Source: an uncultured Poribacteria bacterium (GTDB lineage: Bacteria; Poribacteria; WGA-4E; PCPOR2b). From it: a stretch of DNA of 64,000 nt. The translations under genes and the position numbers were made by a program. Location of the stretch: positions 2,141,531 through 2,205,530 of the forward strand of contig OY282444.1 in assembly GCA_958296125.1 (NCBI GenBank), written 5' to 3'. The notes below the pieces were generated by a model. It saw only the letters and a program-made list of their open reading frames with translations, ran no database searches and was not told the DNA's origin. This document shows positions 10,218 through 20,082 of the stretch, in pieces (positions within the stretch are counted from its first letter, which is position 1; the number at the start of each line of letters is the position of its first letter).

Positions 10218-10512
10218 AGTGACTGTAAGACCCCGGTAGAACCTCTCCCGTCTAACCTCCCGATTCTCTTTGCTTATTTGCACATTTCTATCTGATTTTG
10301 GTGTTGACTGAAACTGTGGAATGTGATACAGTTATTTAGCAATGTTATAATTGTGGTAATAACCTTCCTTGATATTGAGGCGGCTTGGCAAAAGAAGCAG
10401 CGCGAGTAAGATCCAAGTAAACTCTAGGGATCGGGGCTAAACTGCGAATGATTGAAGGCTCGCGAGTGCTAACCCCAAGCTCACCCCCCATACCACCAAA
10501 TTGGAAAGATTC

Positions 10513-11049
10513 ATGAGTAAGCACGCTAAAATCGCTAATGACCGAGCCATTGAATATTGGAAACGGAATCGCTTTGACGAGGCAATTGCTCAATGGGAGG
10601 AAATCGTTCGTAAAAATCCGAATCTTGCGGAGATATACTATAACCTTGGAAATGCTTACGTGTACCAAGGCAAAATTGAAAACGCGATCGAAGCATTTAA
10701 GCAAGCATTATCTATTGATCCAGCCCTGCTTGAGGCGTACAACAAGTTGGGGATTATCTGTTACAAGCAAGGCAATTTAGAACTGGCGTTTGCCTGTTGG
10801 AAGCAGGCGTTAATGATTAACCCAGACTTTGAAGAAGCACGCCACAATATCGGATTAATCCAAAACGCCCCTCAGTTTAACGCGGATGACGAAACACCTG
10901 TTAACGCGGATGACGAAACACCTGCACCCCAGCCTGTAACAGAGGACGATGCAAAAGGTGATAAGCATGCAAGGGTTGAGGATAGCAACGACCTACCTAC
11001 ATGGAGAAATCGAATCCGTCAAGGTTGGGGCGCATTCCGAAAAAAATAG
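10513..11049 (+). CDS. TPR-repeat protein
   Basis: About 3 TPRs (AEIYYNLGNAY..QG, EAYNKLG..YKQG, EARHNIG), an acidic linker and a basic amphipathic C-terminus. Confidence 0.85.
   Translation: MSKHAKIANDRAIEYWKRNRFDEAIAQWEEIVRKNPNLAEIYYNLGNAYVYQGKIENAIEAFKQALSIDPALLEAYNKLGIICYKQGNLELAFACWKQALMINPDFEEARHNIGLIQNAPQFNADDETPVNADDETPAPQPVTEDDAKGDKHARVEDSNDLPTWRNRIRQGWGAFRKK
10877..10924 (+). repeat. Perfect 24-bp in-frame tandem duplication in the TPR gene
   Basis: TTAACGCGGATGACGAAACACCTG x2, encoding NADDETP twice. Confidence 0.95.
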
Positions 11050-11230
11050 AGCGGCTCCCTTGATAGGTGAATGATCGAAACAAGATCTACTGATCTGGCT
11101 CAATTTTCTGGAGGAGTCAGGGTAGTTTCTCAGCTAGCACTGCTGTGTTAAACCTTGCAATGAAGTCACGAGTAAGTTACTGGTCTGTGAAACTCAGGCA
11201 AAACCTGTCATTGCGTTTGTCTCTCCCAAT

Positions 11231-11264
11231 AAAAAAAGCCCCCAATCACTTGAGAGCCTTTTTT
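11231..11264 (-). terminator. Intrinsic terminator of the cold-shock gene (possibly bidirectional)
   Basis: Minus strand GGCTCTCAA-GTGA-TTGGGGGC hairpin followed by a T7 run; T-run on the other side as well. Confidence 0.75.
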
Positions 11265-11291
11265 CCCCGGTTTCATTTTCTATCTAGTTTT

Positions 11292-11344
11292 TTGACTGCT
11301 CCCAATGTTAAAACATTGGGCTTGTGAGAATTACTGTCAGCTTT
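11292..11344 (-). mobile_element. 53-bp non-autonomous IS200/IS605 mini-element (PATE-like, single hairpin)
   Basis: Minus strand TTGAT|AAAGCTGACAGTAATTCTCACAAGCCCAATGTTTTAACATTGGGAGCAGTCAA. It combines the left-end and right-end sequences of the tnpB element at 18719-20144. Confidence 0.85.
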
Positions 11345-11351
11345 ATCAACC

Positions 11352-11552
11352 TCAAAGTCTTCTAACTTCTTCGGCCTGAAGCCCCTTTTGCCCTTCCACG
11401 ACGTTGAACTCAACCTCTTGTCCTTCATCAAGGGTTTTGAAGCCAGTTCCTTCAATGTTGGAATAATGGACAAAGACATCTTGCCCTTCATCAGTTACGA
11501 TGAATCCGTAACCTTTCTGATCGCTGAACCATTTCACTCGACCTGTTGCCAT
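11352..11552 (-). CDS. cspA: Cold-shock protein
   Basis: [34 protein letters not shown]; AGGAGG RBS; 66 aa. Confidence 0.95.
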   Translation of the reverse strand: MATGRVKWFSDQKGYGFIVTDEGQDVFVHYSNIEGTGFKTLDEGQEVEFNVVEGQKGLQAEEVRRL

Positions 11553-11810
11553 CGGTGTGTACCTCCTTTCCTGAAGATTCAAAACTGCAAATGAAAATCA
11601 AGTTTTAGCGCTAAGAGGTACAAAATACAGCATACAGCCGGGGAAATGCTTCCATTTGAACCTAACATCACTTTTTGAACTTTCTTTAATCCATTGTACA
11701 GTTGCGACACAATTATACTTGATTCGGCGCAGGAATGCAAGAAAAAATTCTGATAAGGTAAAAACGTACAGCAGCGAATCTGATTTTGAATTCGTTTTGA
11801 CCGGTTGGCC

Positions 11811-12572
11811 CTAATGTTGTAGCGTTTGGGAAATGAAAAGCTGCGTCCGTTCATGCTGAGGGTTATCGAAGAAAGCCGCCGGTACCGCTTCTTCGACAAT
11901 TGCTCCCTCATCGATAAAGATAATCCGATCTGCCACCTCTCGGGCAAACCCCATCTCATGTGTGACAACCAGCATCGTCATGCCGGACGCGGCTAACTCA
12001 CGCATCACATCCAAAACTTCGTTAATCATCTCAGGATCAAGGGCACTTGTCGGCTCGTCGAACAGCATAATTTTGGGCTGCATCGCCAAAGCCCTTGCAA
12101 TTGCGACACGTTGTTGTTGTCCTCCTGAAATCTGTGCGGGAAATTTGTGAGCATGTTCTTCAATACCCACCCGCTCCAATAACGCTAAAGCCTCCGATTC
12201 TGCCTCACTTTTTGCCACCTTCTTTACCCAGACGGGGCTTAACGTTACATTTTGCAGGACAGTCAGGTGGGGAAACAGGTTGAACTGTTGGAACACCATG
12301 CCGACTTCTTGGCGGATACGTTCTATATTACGGAGGTCATCACTGAGCTCGATACCATCAACAACGATTCTGCCCCTTTGGTGCACCTCCAGACGGTTTA
12401 TTGTACGGATGAGTGTGGACTTACCCGAACCTGAAGGCCCACATATCACCACCTTTTCCCCTCTTTTGAACGCGGTGGTAACCCCTTTGAGTACATGGAA
12501 ATCGTCGAACCATTTATGGACATCCTCACAGATAATAATCGAGTCCTCCGAAGTGTTTTCCAGATCAGCCAC
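11811..12572 (-). CDS. aapP: Amino acid ABC transporter ATP-binding subunit
   Basis: [23 protein letters not shown] and [11 protein letters not shown]. Confidence 0.92.
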   Translation of the reverse strand: MADLENTSEDSIIICEDVHKWFDDFHVLKGVTTAFKRGEKVVICGPSGSGKSTLIRTINRLEVHQRGRIVVDGIELSDDLRNIERIRQEVGMVFQQFNLFPHLTVLQNVTLSPVWVKKVAKSEAESEALALLERVGIEEHAHKFPAQISGGQQQRVAIARALAMQPKIMLFDEPTSALDPEMINEVLDVMRELAASGMTMLVVTHEMGFAREVADRIIFIDEGAIVEEAVPAAFFDNPQHERTQLFISQTLQH

Positions 12573-12616
12573 TGCTTTATCTCTCCCTTCCTAGTATGCG
12601 CGAAGTAATCTCATCC

Positions 12617-13807
12617 CTACCCGACTTCCAGTGCTTCTTCAATTTTCTGACTGATATATGACATTGAGTAACTGAAAACAAAATAGACAACCGCAGCGAA
12701 CAGATACACCTCAGCTTGCAATCCCAACCAGTCGGGATTTGCAATAACCGTTTTGGCTATACCCAATAGATCGAGCAATCCAATGACAGCGACCAGCGAT
12801 GTATCCTTAAAGAGACTGATGAACTGCCCAACGATTGCTGGGATGACAGAGCGAAGTGCCTGCGGTAGGATGATAAGTAACATCGTAAGCGGATAGTTGA
12901 GCCCCAGTGCCTGGGCAGCTTCATGCTGTCCTTTTGGAATTGCTTGAAGTCCACCACGGACGTTCTCTGCCATGTAAGCCGCCGAAAACAATGTGATACC
13001 GAGCATCGCCCGTAGGATTTTGTCAATGCGAAAATCAGGTAGGAAAATCGGGACCATAATCTGTGCCATAAACAGAATTGTTACCAAAGGCACACCACGT
13101 ACTGTCTCGATATACGCTGTCGAAACCCATTTAATCGCGGGGAGAGTGCTCCGCCGGCCGAGAGCTAAAAGAACTCCCAGCGGAAAAGAGACAACGATAC
13201 CCACAGCTGCTAGGATAAGTGTCAGGAGAAGCCCACCCCAGTTACTTGTAAAAACAACAGGCAAGCCACCGAACCCGTGCAGCCATACCATAGTCCAAGG
13301 AAATGATAACAACCAACCGCCTAGAACCCAAAGGCGCATCCCTTTTCTGCCGCGTCCCAGAAAAAGAGAGGCGGCCAGCAACACTACCCCGCCCAAAAGC
13401 CCTAATCGACTCGATAAAGGGGCAGGGAAAAAGGCTAGGATAATTCCAATTCCCCCTCCAACTCCCCCGATGACAAGGGCCAGTCGGAGGGCTAACCCTC
13501 CCCAAATTCCGGCACTCAATCCCGTCAGGATACCCAAAGTATAAATCACAACCCATACGCGCCATATCTCCTCTCTCGGATAAGCACCGACTAGAAAAAT
13601 TTGCAGGTTGGCAGGTATAACGTTCCAATTTGCCTCGGTGAGTACCCAAGTCAAAATCCCCTTAAAAATAACGTACAAAAACCCAACGGCTAAGCAGGTA
13701 AAAAGCGCGTTATACCAAGTGTTAAACAAATTTTCCTTCAGCCACCGCAATATATCCTTCGATTCAGTTGGCGGTTTAATTGCTTGATTTGGTGCTCGCT
13801 CTTCCAC
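12617..13807 (-). CDS. aapM: Amino acid ABC transporter permease
   Basis: WLKENLF..WYN, WGGLLLTL, RGVPL and AYMAENVRGGLQAIPKGQ.EAA. Confidence 0.9.
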   Translation of the reverse strand: MEERAPNQAIKPPTESKDILRWLKENLFNTWYNALFTCLAVGFLYVIFKGILTWVLTEANWNVIPANLQIFLVGAYPREEIWRVWVVIYTLGILTGLSAGIWGGLALRLALVIGGVGGGIGIILAFFPAPLSSRLGLLGGVVLLAASLFLGRGRKGMRLWVLGGWLLSFPWTMVWLHGFGGLPVVFTSNWGGLLLTLILAAVGIVVSFPLGVLLALGRRSTLPAIKWVSTAYIETVRGVPLVTILFMAQIMVPIFLPDFRIDKILRAMLGITLFSAAYMAENVRGGLQAIPKGQHEAAQALGLNYPLTMLLIILPQALRSVIPAIVGQFISLFKDTSLVAVIGLLDLLGIAKTVIANPDWLGLQAEVYLFAAVVYFVFSYSMSYISQKIEEALEVG

Positions 13808-13822
13808 GCTCTTTTCTTCCCC

Positions 13823-15007
13823 TTATCGTCCGATCCGGTTAATCCTGCGGTTGTACCAATTCATGTACGCCGATGTCGTCAAGCTGATGAATAGGTAGCT
13901 CATCATGATCATTGCAAAAATAGGGATCGATTGTCCGGTTTGATTCATCATTGTGTTGCCGACGTTAAACAGATCTGGGAAACCGATTGCAACAGCTAAA
14001 CTGGAGTTTTTGGTGAGATTTAGGTACTGACTGGTGAGGGGTGGCGCGATCACGCGCAAAGCTTGAGGCAGGATAACCAACCTCAGCGTTTGAAATTCAC
14101 TCAGACCTATTGCCTTAGCTGCTTCCCATTGTCCCTTCGCCACGGACTGTATCCCACTTCTCACCACTTCGGCGATGAAAGCCCCGGTATAAATGACAAG
14201 CCCAATTAATAGGGCAGCAAATTCGGGAGAAAAATATATCCCTCCGGCGAAGTTAAATCCCTTCAAAGCCGGTAACTCCAAGGTAAACGGCTTCCCCGGT
14301 ATCAGAAACCAACCCAAAATAGCCACCAACAGAAACGCCGGCAGTGCCCACTTTGCAGCAAAGCCGGGCTGTTCCATCTGTCGAAGTTTCCTCAGTCGTA
14401 CGAGATAGAGAGCCAGTGCAAAAATGAATCCCACAGCGAGGCAGCCGATCCAAATCTTCACACCCGATGTGGGTTGCGGTGAGGGCAGATATACTCCGCG
14501 TTGATTAATGAACACACCCCCGAAGAATGTAAAACTCTCCCGTACCGAGGGGAGTTGAAGGATTACAGCAGTATACCAAAACAAAATCTGTAGTAGGAGT
14601 GGGATATTGCGGAAACATTCGACGTAAATGGCTGCTATGTTTCTAACCAACCAGTTGCTTGATAGCCGAGCGATACCAATAACAAGCCCCAGAATTGTGG
14701 CACACACAATTCCTATGACGCTGACCCTTAAGGTGTTCACTACGCCCACCCAAAACGCCCTTAGATAGGCATCTGAAGGCTCATAAGCGATCCCTTCAGC
14801 TATCCCAAACCCAGCCTCATCATTAAGAAAATCGAGATTTAAAGTCAAGCCAAGACCGCGTAATCCTCTCAACATATTTGTGTAGAGAATACCAGCCAAC
14901 AGGATGACTCCAATAAGGAAGCTGACCTGGAACAGCACACGCAGGACCCGAATATCCCGCCAGAAGGGTATTTTATCTGATGCACTTTGGGGTGAGTTGT
15001 TTTCCAT
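13823..15007 (-). CDS. aapQ: Amino acid ABC transporter permease
   Basis: AGFGI, RNIPLLLQILFWY, AFIAEVVRSGIQSV.KGQWEAA and SQYLNLTKNSSLA. Confidence 0.9.
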   Translation of the reverse strand: MENNSPQSASDKIPFWRDIRVLRVLFQVSFLIGVILLAGILYTNMLRGLRGLGLTLNLDFLNDEAGFGIAEGIAYEPSDAYLRAFWVGVVNTLRVSVIGIVCATILGLVIGIARLSSNWLVRNIAAIYVECFRNIPLLLQILFWYTAVILQLPSVRESFTFFGGVFINQRGVYLPSPQPTSGVKIWIGCLAVGFIFALALYLVRLRKLRQMEQPGFAAKWALPAFLLVAILGWFLIPGKPFTLELPALKGFNFAGGIYFSPEFAALLIGLVIYTGAFIAEVVRSGIQSVAKGQWEAAKAIGLSEFQTLRLVILPQALRVIAPPLTSQYLNLTKNSSLAVAIGFPDLFNVGNTMMNQTGQSIPIFAMIMMSYLFISLTTSAYMNWYNRRINRIGR

Positions 15008-15083
15008 AGGCTTGTATGGTTTCAGTGATTGCGCTTTTGTATTGTGTGTTGTTCATCATTGATTTTGCATATTCGCAGGTTAA

Positions 15084-16076
15084 TTACCTAAATATTCGTC
15101 CAAAATTATATCTCCATTGAAGGGCAAAACTCATTCCAATTTGCCCATCTAAAGAACTGGCAAGCAATCGCATCCATTCGTTTTCGTTTGGCAGACGAGC
15201 GACATCCTTATAATTTTCCACAACCCAATTATCTGCTGCATCAACAATTCCCAAAATTAGAGGTTGAGTTTTAGCTATGGAAAGCAATCTTTCAAGCTGA
15301 TGGTCAGGTATTACCTCTTTATCGGTGAGCAGGCGTTGGATATTCTTTTGTTGAAAGTCGTTTTCCGCTGCAAATACCAAACGTTGTATTTCATCTCTGT
15401 TTTGCATGGTGTCAATGATACGAAGCAGATGCGCTGCTTGCCAATTGCTCTGATTGACATAAGCCAAAAATCGAAAAATCTTTTGTGTCCAAATCTCGCT
15501 CTGTTTAAGCAACCAATCACGGTGTTTCCGGGCAATTGTGGTCAAGGCAAAGTCTGCCAACTGCGTATTGAAGAGGTATTGCCACCTAATTACCTGAAGT
15601 TTCAAAGGTGGATTTGTTTTTCGTGTTTGGTAATCAGTCAGCATGATAAGAGCATCATATTCGCTACCAAGTAGTCTCTCATACGCTGAGAAAAAAGGTT
15701 CACTGGTACAGTAGTTTTGAGAGGGAGACTTTATATTCAAGTCAATATCCGGCAAGTCAACGCCTCGCGCAGGATTAATATGGAGCGGTGGTCTTTCGAC
15801 ATCTCGAAAAGTCATGGTTTCAAGAACAGCGACGAAAAGCATTTCAATAACACTACCCACTGTCTTACCGTCAAGGTTAGGAAGAGTTTGTGATTCAAAC
15901 AGTTGTTTGTACCAGTGAGGCAAGGTCCGCCCTCTCCCGATACGTAAAAGAACAGGTTCAAGATGTTCAAGGTTTATCCCTTGAAGGGCTCGATTTAACG
16001 CTGATATAGTTTCTTCTAGCCGTGTATGAAGTACGCCGCGTAATTCTGCTTTAGTAAGCATCATTTGGTGATTCAT
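15084..16076 (-). CDS. Putative type II restriction endonuclease (PD-(D/E)xK-like)
   Basis: Overlaps the C5-MTase stop; DGKTVGSVIE, GVDLPDIDLNIKS and C-terminal ALQWRY; lower GC than its flanks. Confidence 0.6.
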   Translation of the reverse strand: MNHQMMLTKAELRGVLHTRLEETISALNRALQGINLEHLEPVLLRIGRGRTLPHWYKQLFESQTLPNLDGKTVGSVIEMLFVAVLETMTFRDVERPPLHINPARGVDLPDIDLNIKSPSQNYCTSEPFFSAYERLLGSEYDALIMLTDYQTRKTNPPLKLQVIRWQYLFNTQLADFALTTIARKHRDWLLKQSEIWTQKIFRFLAYVNQSNWQAAHLLRIIDTMQNRDEIQRLVFAAENDFQQKNIQRLLTDKEVIPDHQLERLLSIAKTQPLILGIVDAADNWVVENYKDVARLPNENEWMRLLASSLDGQIGMSFALQWRYNFGRIFR

Positions 16077-17268
16077 GAAGAAAAAGATGAAGCTGTTGTT
16101 GTTTAGGTTCTCTTAATTTGGTGACATGATTCCGTAAAATCTTATGAATGAGCCAATCTCCAAATATAGGTGGGATCGCGTTACCATATAAAGAGTATTG
16201 ATTGTAAATGGAAACCGCTGAACAGTGTTGGTCTGGAAATCCTTGTATTCGAGCATATTCTACATTTGTCAGCCGTCGATAACAGTTGCCCACTTTGTAA
16301 CGTTCATAGTGGCGGCTGGTCGCAGACGTGAGCGTTGGGGCGACTCCGCTACTACCAAACACGGTGTAGCCCATACGAGCACCACCGTTTTGATTATAGA
16401 GAATTTCAACACCTTCAACGAATTTATTAGTTTGCTTACTATTCTTCAAGCGTTGCAAAGTATTCTCAGTGAAGTCAAAAATTGGTTCAACTGTAGATTG
16501 TAATACCCGGTGCAAAGGTAGAATGGGCTTTGCCTCAGAAAAATATTCCAAATTATCCGCAAAGAAACGTTTGTTCCAAGCCACCCCCCAACTGGGAAAT
16601 TTCCTACTATGTCTTTCAATTTCAGTCCAGCTTGATACATTCCTGATGATTGGAAAGTTTCTTTCCAATGTCTTACAAAGATCTTCTGATGAAGCAAGTC
16701 TGACAAGGGGGCAATCATCCGTCATACCTAAAGAGCCCAATATAAGCACACGTTGGCGATTTTGCGGTAAGCCAAAGTGCATTGCATTGACCAAACGCCA
16801 TTCCACCTGATAATCAAGTGCTGTCAAAGCGGCAAGCATTGTTGCGAAATGATCCCCTTGTTCCATTGAAAGCAAGCGTTTCACATTTTCCAAAATGAAA
16901 TAACGTGGGCGATGCCTTCTTAAAATATCAACAATGACAGCGAAAAGATGCCCACGAGGGTCACGGAGTCCCCTTTTTTTTCCTGCACTGCTGAATGGTT
17001 GACAAGGAAAACCAGCTGTGAGTAAATCGTGCGGAGGAATCTCATGTGCGAATGCTTGAATGTCGCCTTGGCAAATTTCGGCATCTCCAAATTGACTACG
17101 GTATACTTGGCACGCTCTCGGACAAATATCATTCGCCCACAACGTCTGAATACCGTGCCTTTCAGCAGCGATGCGGAATCCACCGATGCCCGCGAAAAGT
17201 TCTACTGTTGTTTGGATAGCTTGCGGTGCCCTGTCCCTCCCTTTTAGAATTTGCCGTTGATGTTTCAT
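16051..17268 (-). CDS. DNA (cytosine-5)-methyltransferase
   Basis: LFAGIGG (motif I), GFPCQPFS (IV), ENV (VI), QNRQRV (VIII), RIQGFP (IX) and YGNA (X). Confidence 0.95.
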   Translation of the reverse strand: MKHQRQILKGRDRAPQAIQTTVELFAGIGGFRIAAERHGIQTLWANDICPRACQVYRSQFGDAEICQGDIQAFAHEIPPHDLLTAGFPCQPFSSAGKKRGLRDPRGHLFAVIVDILRRHRPRYFILENVKRLLSMEQGDHFATMLAALTALDYQVEWRLVNAMHFGLPQNRQRVLILGSLGMTDDCPLVRLASSEDLCKTLERNFPIIRNVSSWTEIERHSRKFPSWGVAWNKRFFADNLEYFSEAKPILPLHRVLQSTVEPIFDFTENTLQRLKNSKQTNKFVEGVEILYNQNGGARMGYTVFGSSGVAPTLTSATSRHYERYKVGNCYRRLTNVEYARIQGFPDQHCSAVSIYNQYSLYGNAIPPIFGDWLIHKILRNHVTKLREPKQQQLHLFLHESPNDAY

Positions 17269-17540
17269 GCTTTTACGTGTTGCCGAGCATTGAGACTCGG
17301 AAGCATCGCCTGCATTTCAGATGCCTTCCTTCTTGCATCCTAGTGCACCAACATGCCAGAGTCAAAACTACACCATGTTAGGTTAATCTCCAGTAAGGAA
17401 TTTCCTGTCGAAGTTTGCTAATGCACCCCCTGCCCCTAGTACTTCTCGACTATGCTATTTCAGGTTATTCCGTTTAAGTATCATAAGGTATTCCTTTTAC
17501 TTTGTTGATGGAGGTAATTGCACTGCGTTTGTGAAACAGT

Positions 17541-18557
17541 CTAACGGAACGGCATCGCGTACAGCAGCCCCCCTTGAATCCAAGGCTTGTTGACACCGCG
17601 CGGTAGACCAATGGGAGTAAGGTTGCGTTCAAAAATTTCACCATAGTTGCCAACGGCAGCGATAACCTGACGCGCCCAATCTTTCGACAGACCGAGTTTT
17701 CCGCCCATATCGCCGGCCTCACCCAAGAAACGTCCAATCTCTGGGTTTTTGGATTGATAAGTGCTGACATTCGATTGCATAATTTCGTGCTCCTCGGCGA
17801 AAAACGTCGCGTAAACAACCCAGCTAACGACATCGTTCCATTTGTTATCTCCATGGATGGTGACGGGTCCCAACGGTTCCTTTGAAATAGTCACATCCAG
17901 AATAACATGTGCCTCTGGATTCTTTAATACCTTGCGACGGGCGGCTAGCTGCGATTTATCACTTGTAATGACATCACAACGCCCCTGCTCGTAACTGTTG
18001 TAAAGGGTATCAATCTCCTCAAAAACAACCGGCTTAAAATCTACCCCTAAAGCCCGCATTGTATCCGCTAGGTTTAGCTCAGTCGTGCTGCCTGCGGTGA
18101 CACAGATACTCGCGCCTGCCAACTCCTCTAAGGCGGTGATGCCGTGCGCTTTACGTAGCATGAATCCTTGGCCGTCGTAAAAGGTAGGCGGGGCGAAGTC
18201 AGCACCTACTTGGGTGTCGCGGGTAAGCGTCCAAGTCGTGTTTCGGATTAAGACATCTATTTCACCTGTCTGAAGGGCGGGAAAACGTTCCGGTGTCTTC
18301 AACGGCACAAACTCAACCTTATCTGGATCGCCGAAAATAGCGGCAGCAATTGCCCGACAATAATCTACGTCGAAGCCACTCCACGTACCATCTTGGTTGA
18401 GGAAGCTGAAGCCGGGCAAACCGCCGTATACCCCACAAACTAGCCTCCCCCTATTTTTTACTTTGTCTAATACACTATCTTGTCCACTGGCAAGTGGGGG
18501 TACTACCAGTGAAATGACTAAAGCAAATACAAAAGTGTTAAATAACAACCTACGCAT
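17541..18557 (-). CDS. aapJ: Amino acid ABC transporter substrate-binding protein
   Basis: Signal peptide; GFDVDYCRAIAAA, RNTTWTLTRD, FYDGQGF, ISKEPLGP and VGNYGEIFERN. Confidence 0.93.
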   Translation of the reverse strand: MRRLLFNTFVFALVISLVVPPLASGQDSVLDKVKNRGRLVCGVYGGLPGFSFLNQDGTWSGFDVDYCRAIAAAIFGDPDKVEFVPLKTPERFPALQTGEIDVLIRNTTWTLTRDTQVGADFAPPTFYDGQGFMLRKAHGITALEELAGASICVTAGSTTELNLADTMRALGVDFKPVVFEEIDTLYNSYEQGRCDVITSDKSQLAARRKVLKNPEAHVILDVTISKEPLGPVTIHGDNKWNDVVSWVVYATFFAEEHEIMQSNVSTYQSKNPEIGRFLGEAGDMGGKLGLSKDWARQVIAAVGNYGEIFERNLTPIGLPRGVNKPWIQGGLLYAMPFR

Positions 18558-18718
18558 TAAAATCCTCCTTTTTACTTTGAAGTAGGTGCGAACTGTACGC
18601 CCTTACCATCAGAAACTCGGATAGCCCAAAATAGCTTAGATTCAACGAGCATTGTAACACAAATGTAAATCAATGTCAATTAATCTGTCAATAAAGGGCA
18701 CAGTGAAATAATCTACAG

Positions 18719-18870
18719 TTGACTGCTCCCAAGCATAAATGCTTGGGATTCCTATGATAGACTGAACAGCAATAATTGTTCACCTATTACTGTGCTATCT
18801 TCTTGATTCGACGATTCGCGCCTCAACTGCTGAGGTCTTACAGAATCTCCACAAGCGTTTTCAGTCTCCG
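18719..18870 (-). ncRNA. Predicted TnpB omega/reRNA scaffold (5' boundary approximate)
   Basis: Inferred from the established TnpB architecture: it overlaps the tnpB 3' end and the right-end hairpin. The guide would be the flank CTGTAGATTATTTCAC. Confidence 0.55.
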
Positions 18871-19960
18871 AGTGCCCCTCGGCGACGGTTCTCAGGTTTA
18901 TCGCAGCGTTTAAGTCTCTGTCTTGTATGTGACCACAAGCCCTACAATGATATGTCCTATCAGATAAAGATAAGTCGCTGTCTACCACACCACATGCAGA
19001 ACAGGTCTTACTCGACGGATAAAACCGATCGGCTTCAACTACTTTTACGTCTGTCCGTTCAGATTTATACTTCAACATCTCAAGGAACGTTGACAATGAC
19101 GCATCTGCCAATGCTTTGGCAAGTTTATGATTCTTTATCATACCCGCGACGTTCAACGATTCTATGCCGATACGACTTGCACCCTTGACAATAGCCGTGG
19201 TCGCCTTATGATGGGCATCGTTGCGAATGCAGGTTATCCGATAGTGCAACTTGGCTATCTTGTCCTTGAGTTTATACCAGTTGCGGCTGCCTTTGACCTT
19301 GCGACTGAATTGACGTTGAAGCCGTTTGAGTTTCCGTTCATGCCGACGCAATGCCTTCGGATTCTCAAAATACTGTCTTTCAGATGTTACCGCCAAGTGT
19401 TTAATACCAACATCTACACCAACGATAGGCTTGCCACGCGGGTCAGGTATTGGCTCGTCAGCGAAAGTGTCAACGAGAATAGAAGCGAACCACCGATGCC
19501 CTTGCTTAGATATAACAACTTTGCAGATAGTGCCAAGGTAGCGTAGGGTTTGAAACATGCGAACCCAACCGATTTTGGGAAGTTTAATTCGCTTGCCTAC
19601 GACAGAGATTGTGCCTCGACCGCTATCGGCTTGGTAACTCTTGCTATGAGACTTTTTCTTAAACCTAGGGAATCTGTTTTGACCTGACTTCCATCGGGAG
19701 ACGGCATCGTTAAGATTCGTATAAATCGCATGCTTGGAGGCGTTCTGTGACATATCACCGCACCAATCGTATGTATCATGCTTGATAGCATTGAAACGGC
19801 GACAAAGGGCTATATGCGAATGCCAGACCCCTTCATCAAGTCCTGTTTTGAAGTCGGCTAATCCGTGATTGTAGGCGACCCGAGCGTAACCGCAATGCTG
19901 GGCAAACTGTGTCGCTTGGACGTTGTTAGGGTCTAATGCGATTGTGTGAGTTTTTAACAT
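18752..19960 (-). CDS. tnpB: RNA-guided endonuclease TnpB
   Basis: N-terminal HTH; FPRFKKK; RuvC D (GVDVG), E (IGIESL) and D (DRDLNAA); zinc finger CSACG..CRACG. Confidence 0.95.
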   Translation of the reverse strand: MLKTHTIALDPNNVQATQFAQHCGYARVAYNHGLADFKTGLDEGVWHSHIALCRRFNAIKHDTYDWCGDMSQNASKHAIYTNLNDAVSRWKSGQNRFPRFKKKSHSKSYQADSGRGTISVVGKRIKLPKIGWVRMFQTLRYLGTICKVVISKQGHRWFASILVDTFADEPIPDPRGKPIVGVDVGIKHLAVTSERQYFENPKALRRHERKLKRLQRQFSRKVKGSRNWYKLKDKIAKLHYRITCIRNDAHHKATTAIVKGASRIGIESLNVAGMIKNHKLAKALADASLSTFLEMLKYKSERTDVKVVEADRFYPSSKTCSACGVVDSDLSLSDRTYHCRACGHIQDRDLNAAINLRTVAEGHSETENACGDSVRPQQLRRESSNQEDSTVIGEQLLLFSLS

Positions 19961-20053
19961 AGGAATATCTCTCTATCTTTCATAGCCTGTAGCGCAGGAT
20001 GTGAGGGACACTGCCGAGCGGCAGTGCGCTACTCCCTCACTGAAAGACATTTA

Positions 20054-20082
20054 ATTATAACACATTTTTACTATGGTTGCAA
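20054..20082 (-). promoter_or_regulatory. Sigma70-like promoter for tnpB inside the IS left end
   Basis: TTGCAA-17 nt-TATAAT, followed by a leader hairpin at about 20001-20040. Confidence 0.6.

Noticed and set aside
17474-17854. 126-aa ORF overlapping the aapJ 3' end as an R-M controller protein
   Set aside because: It is an alternative frame within aapJ with no HTH pattern.
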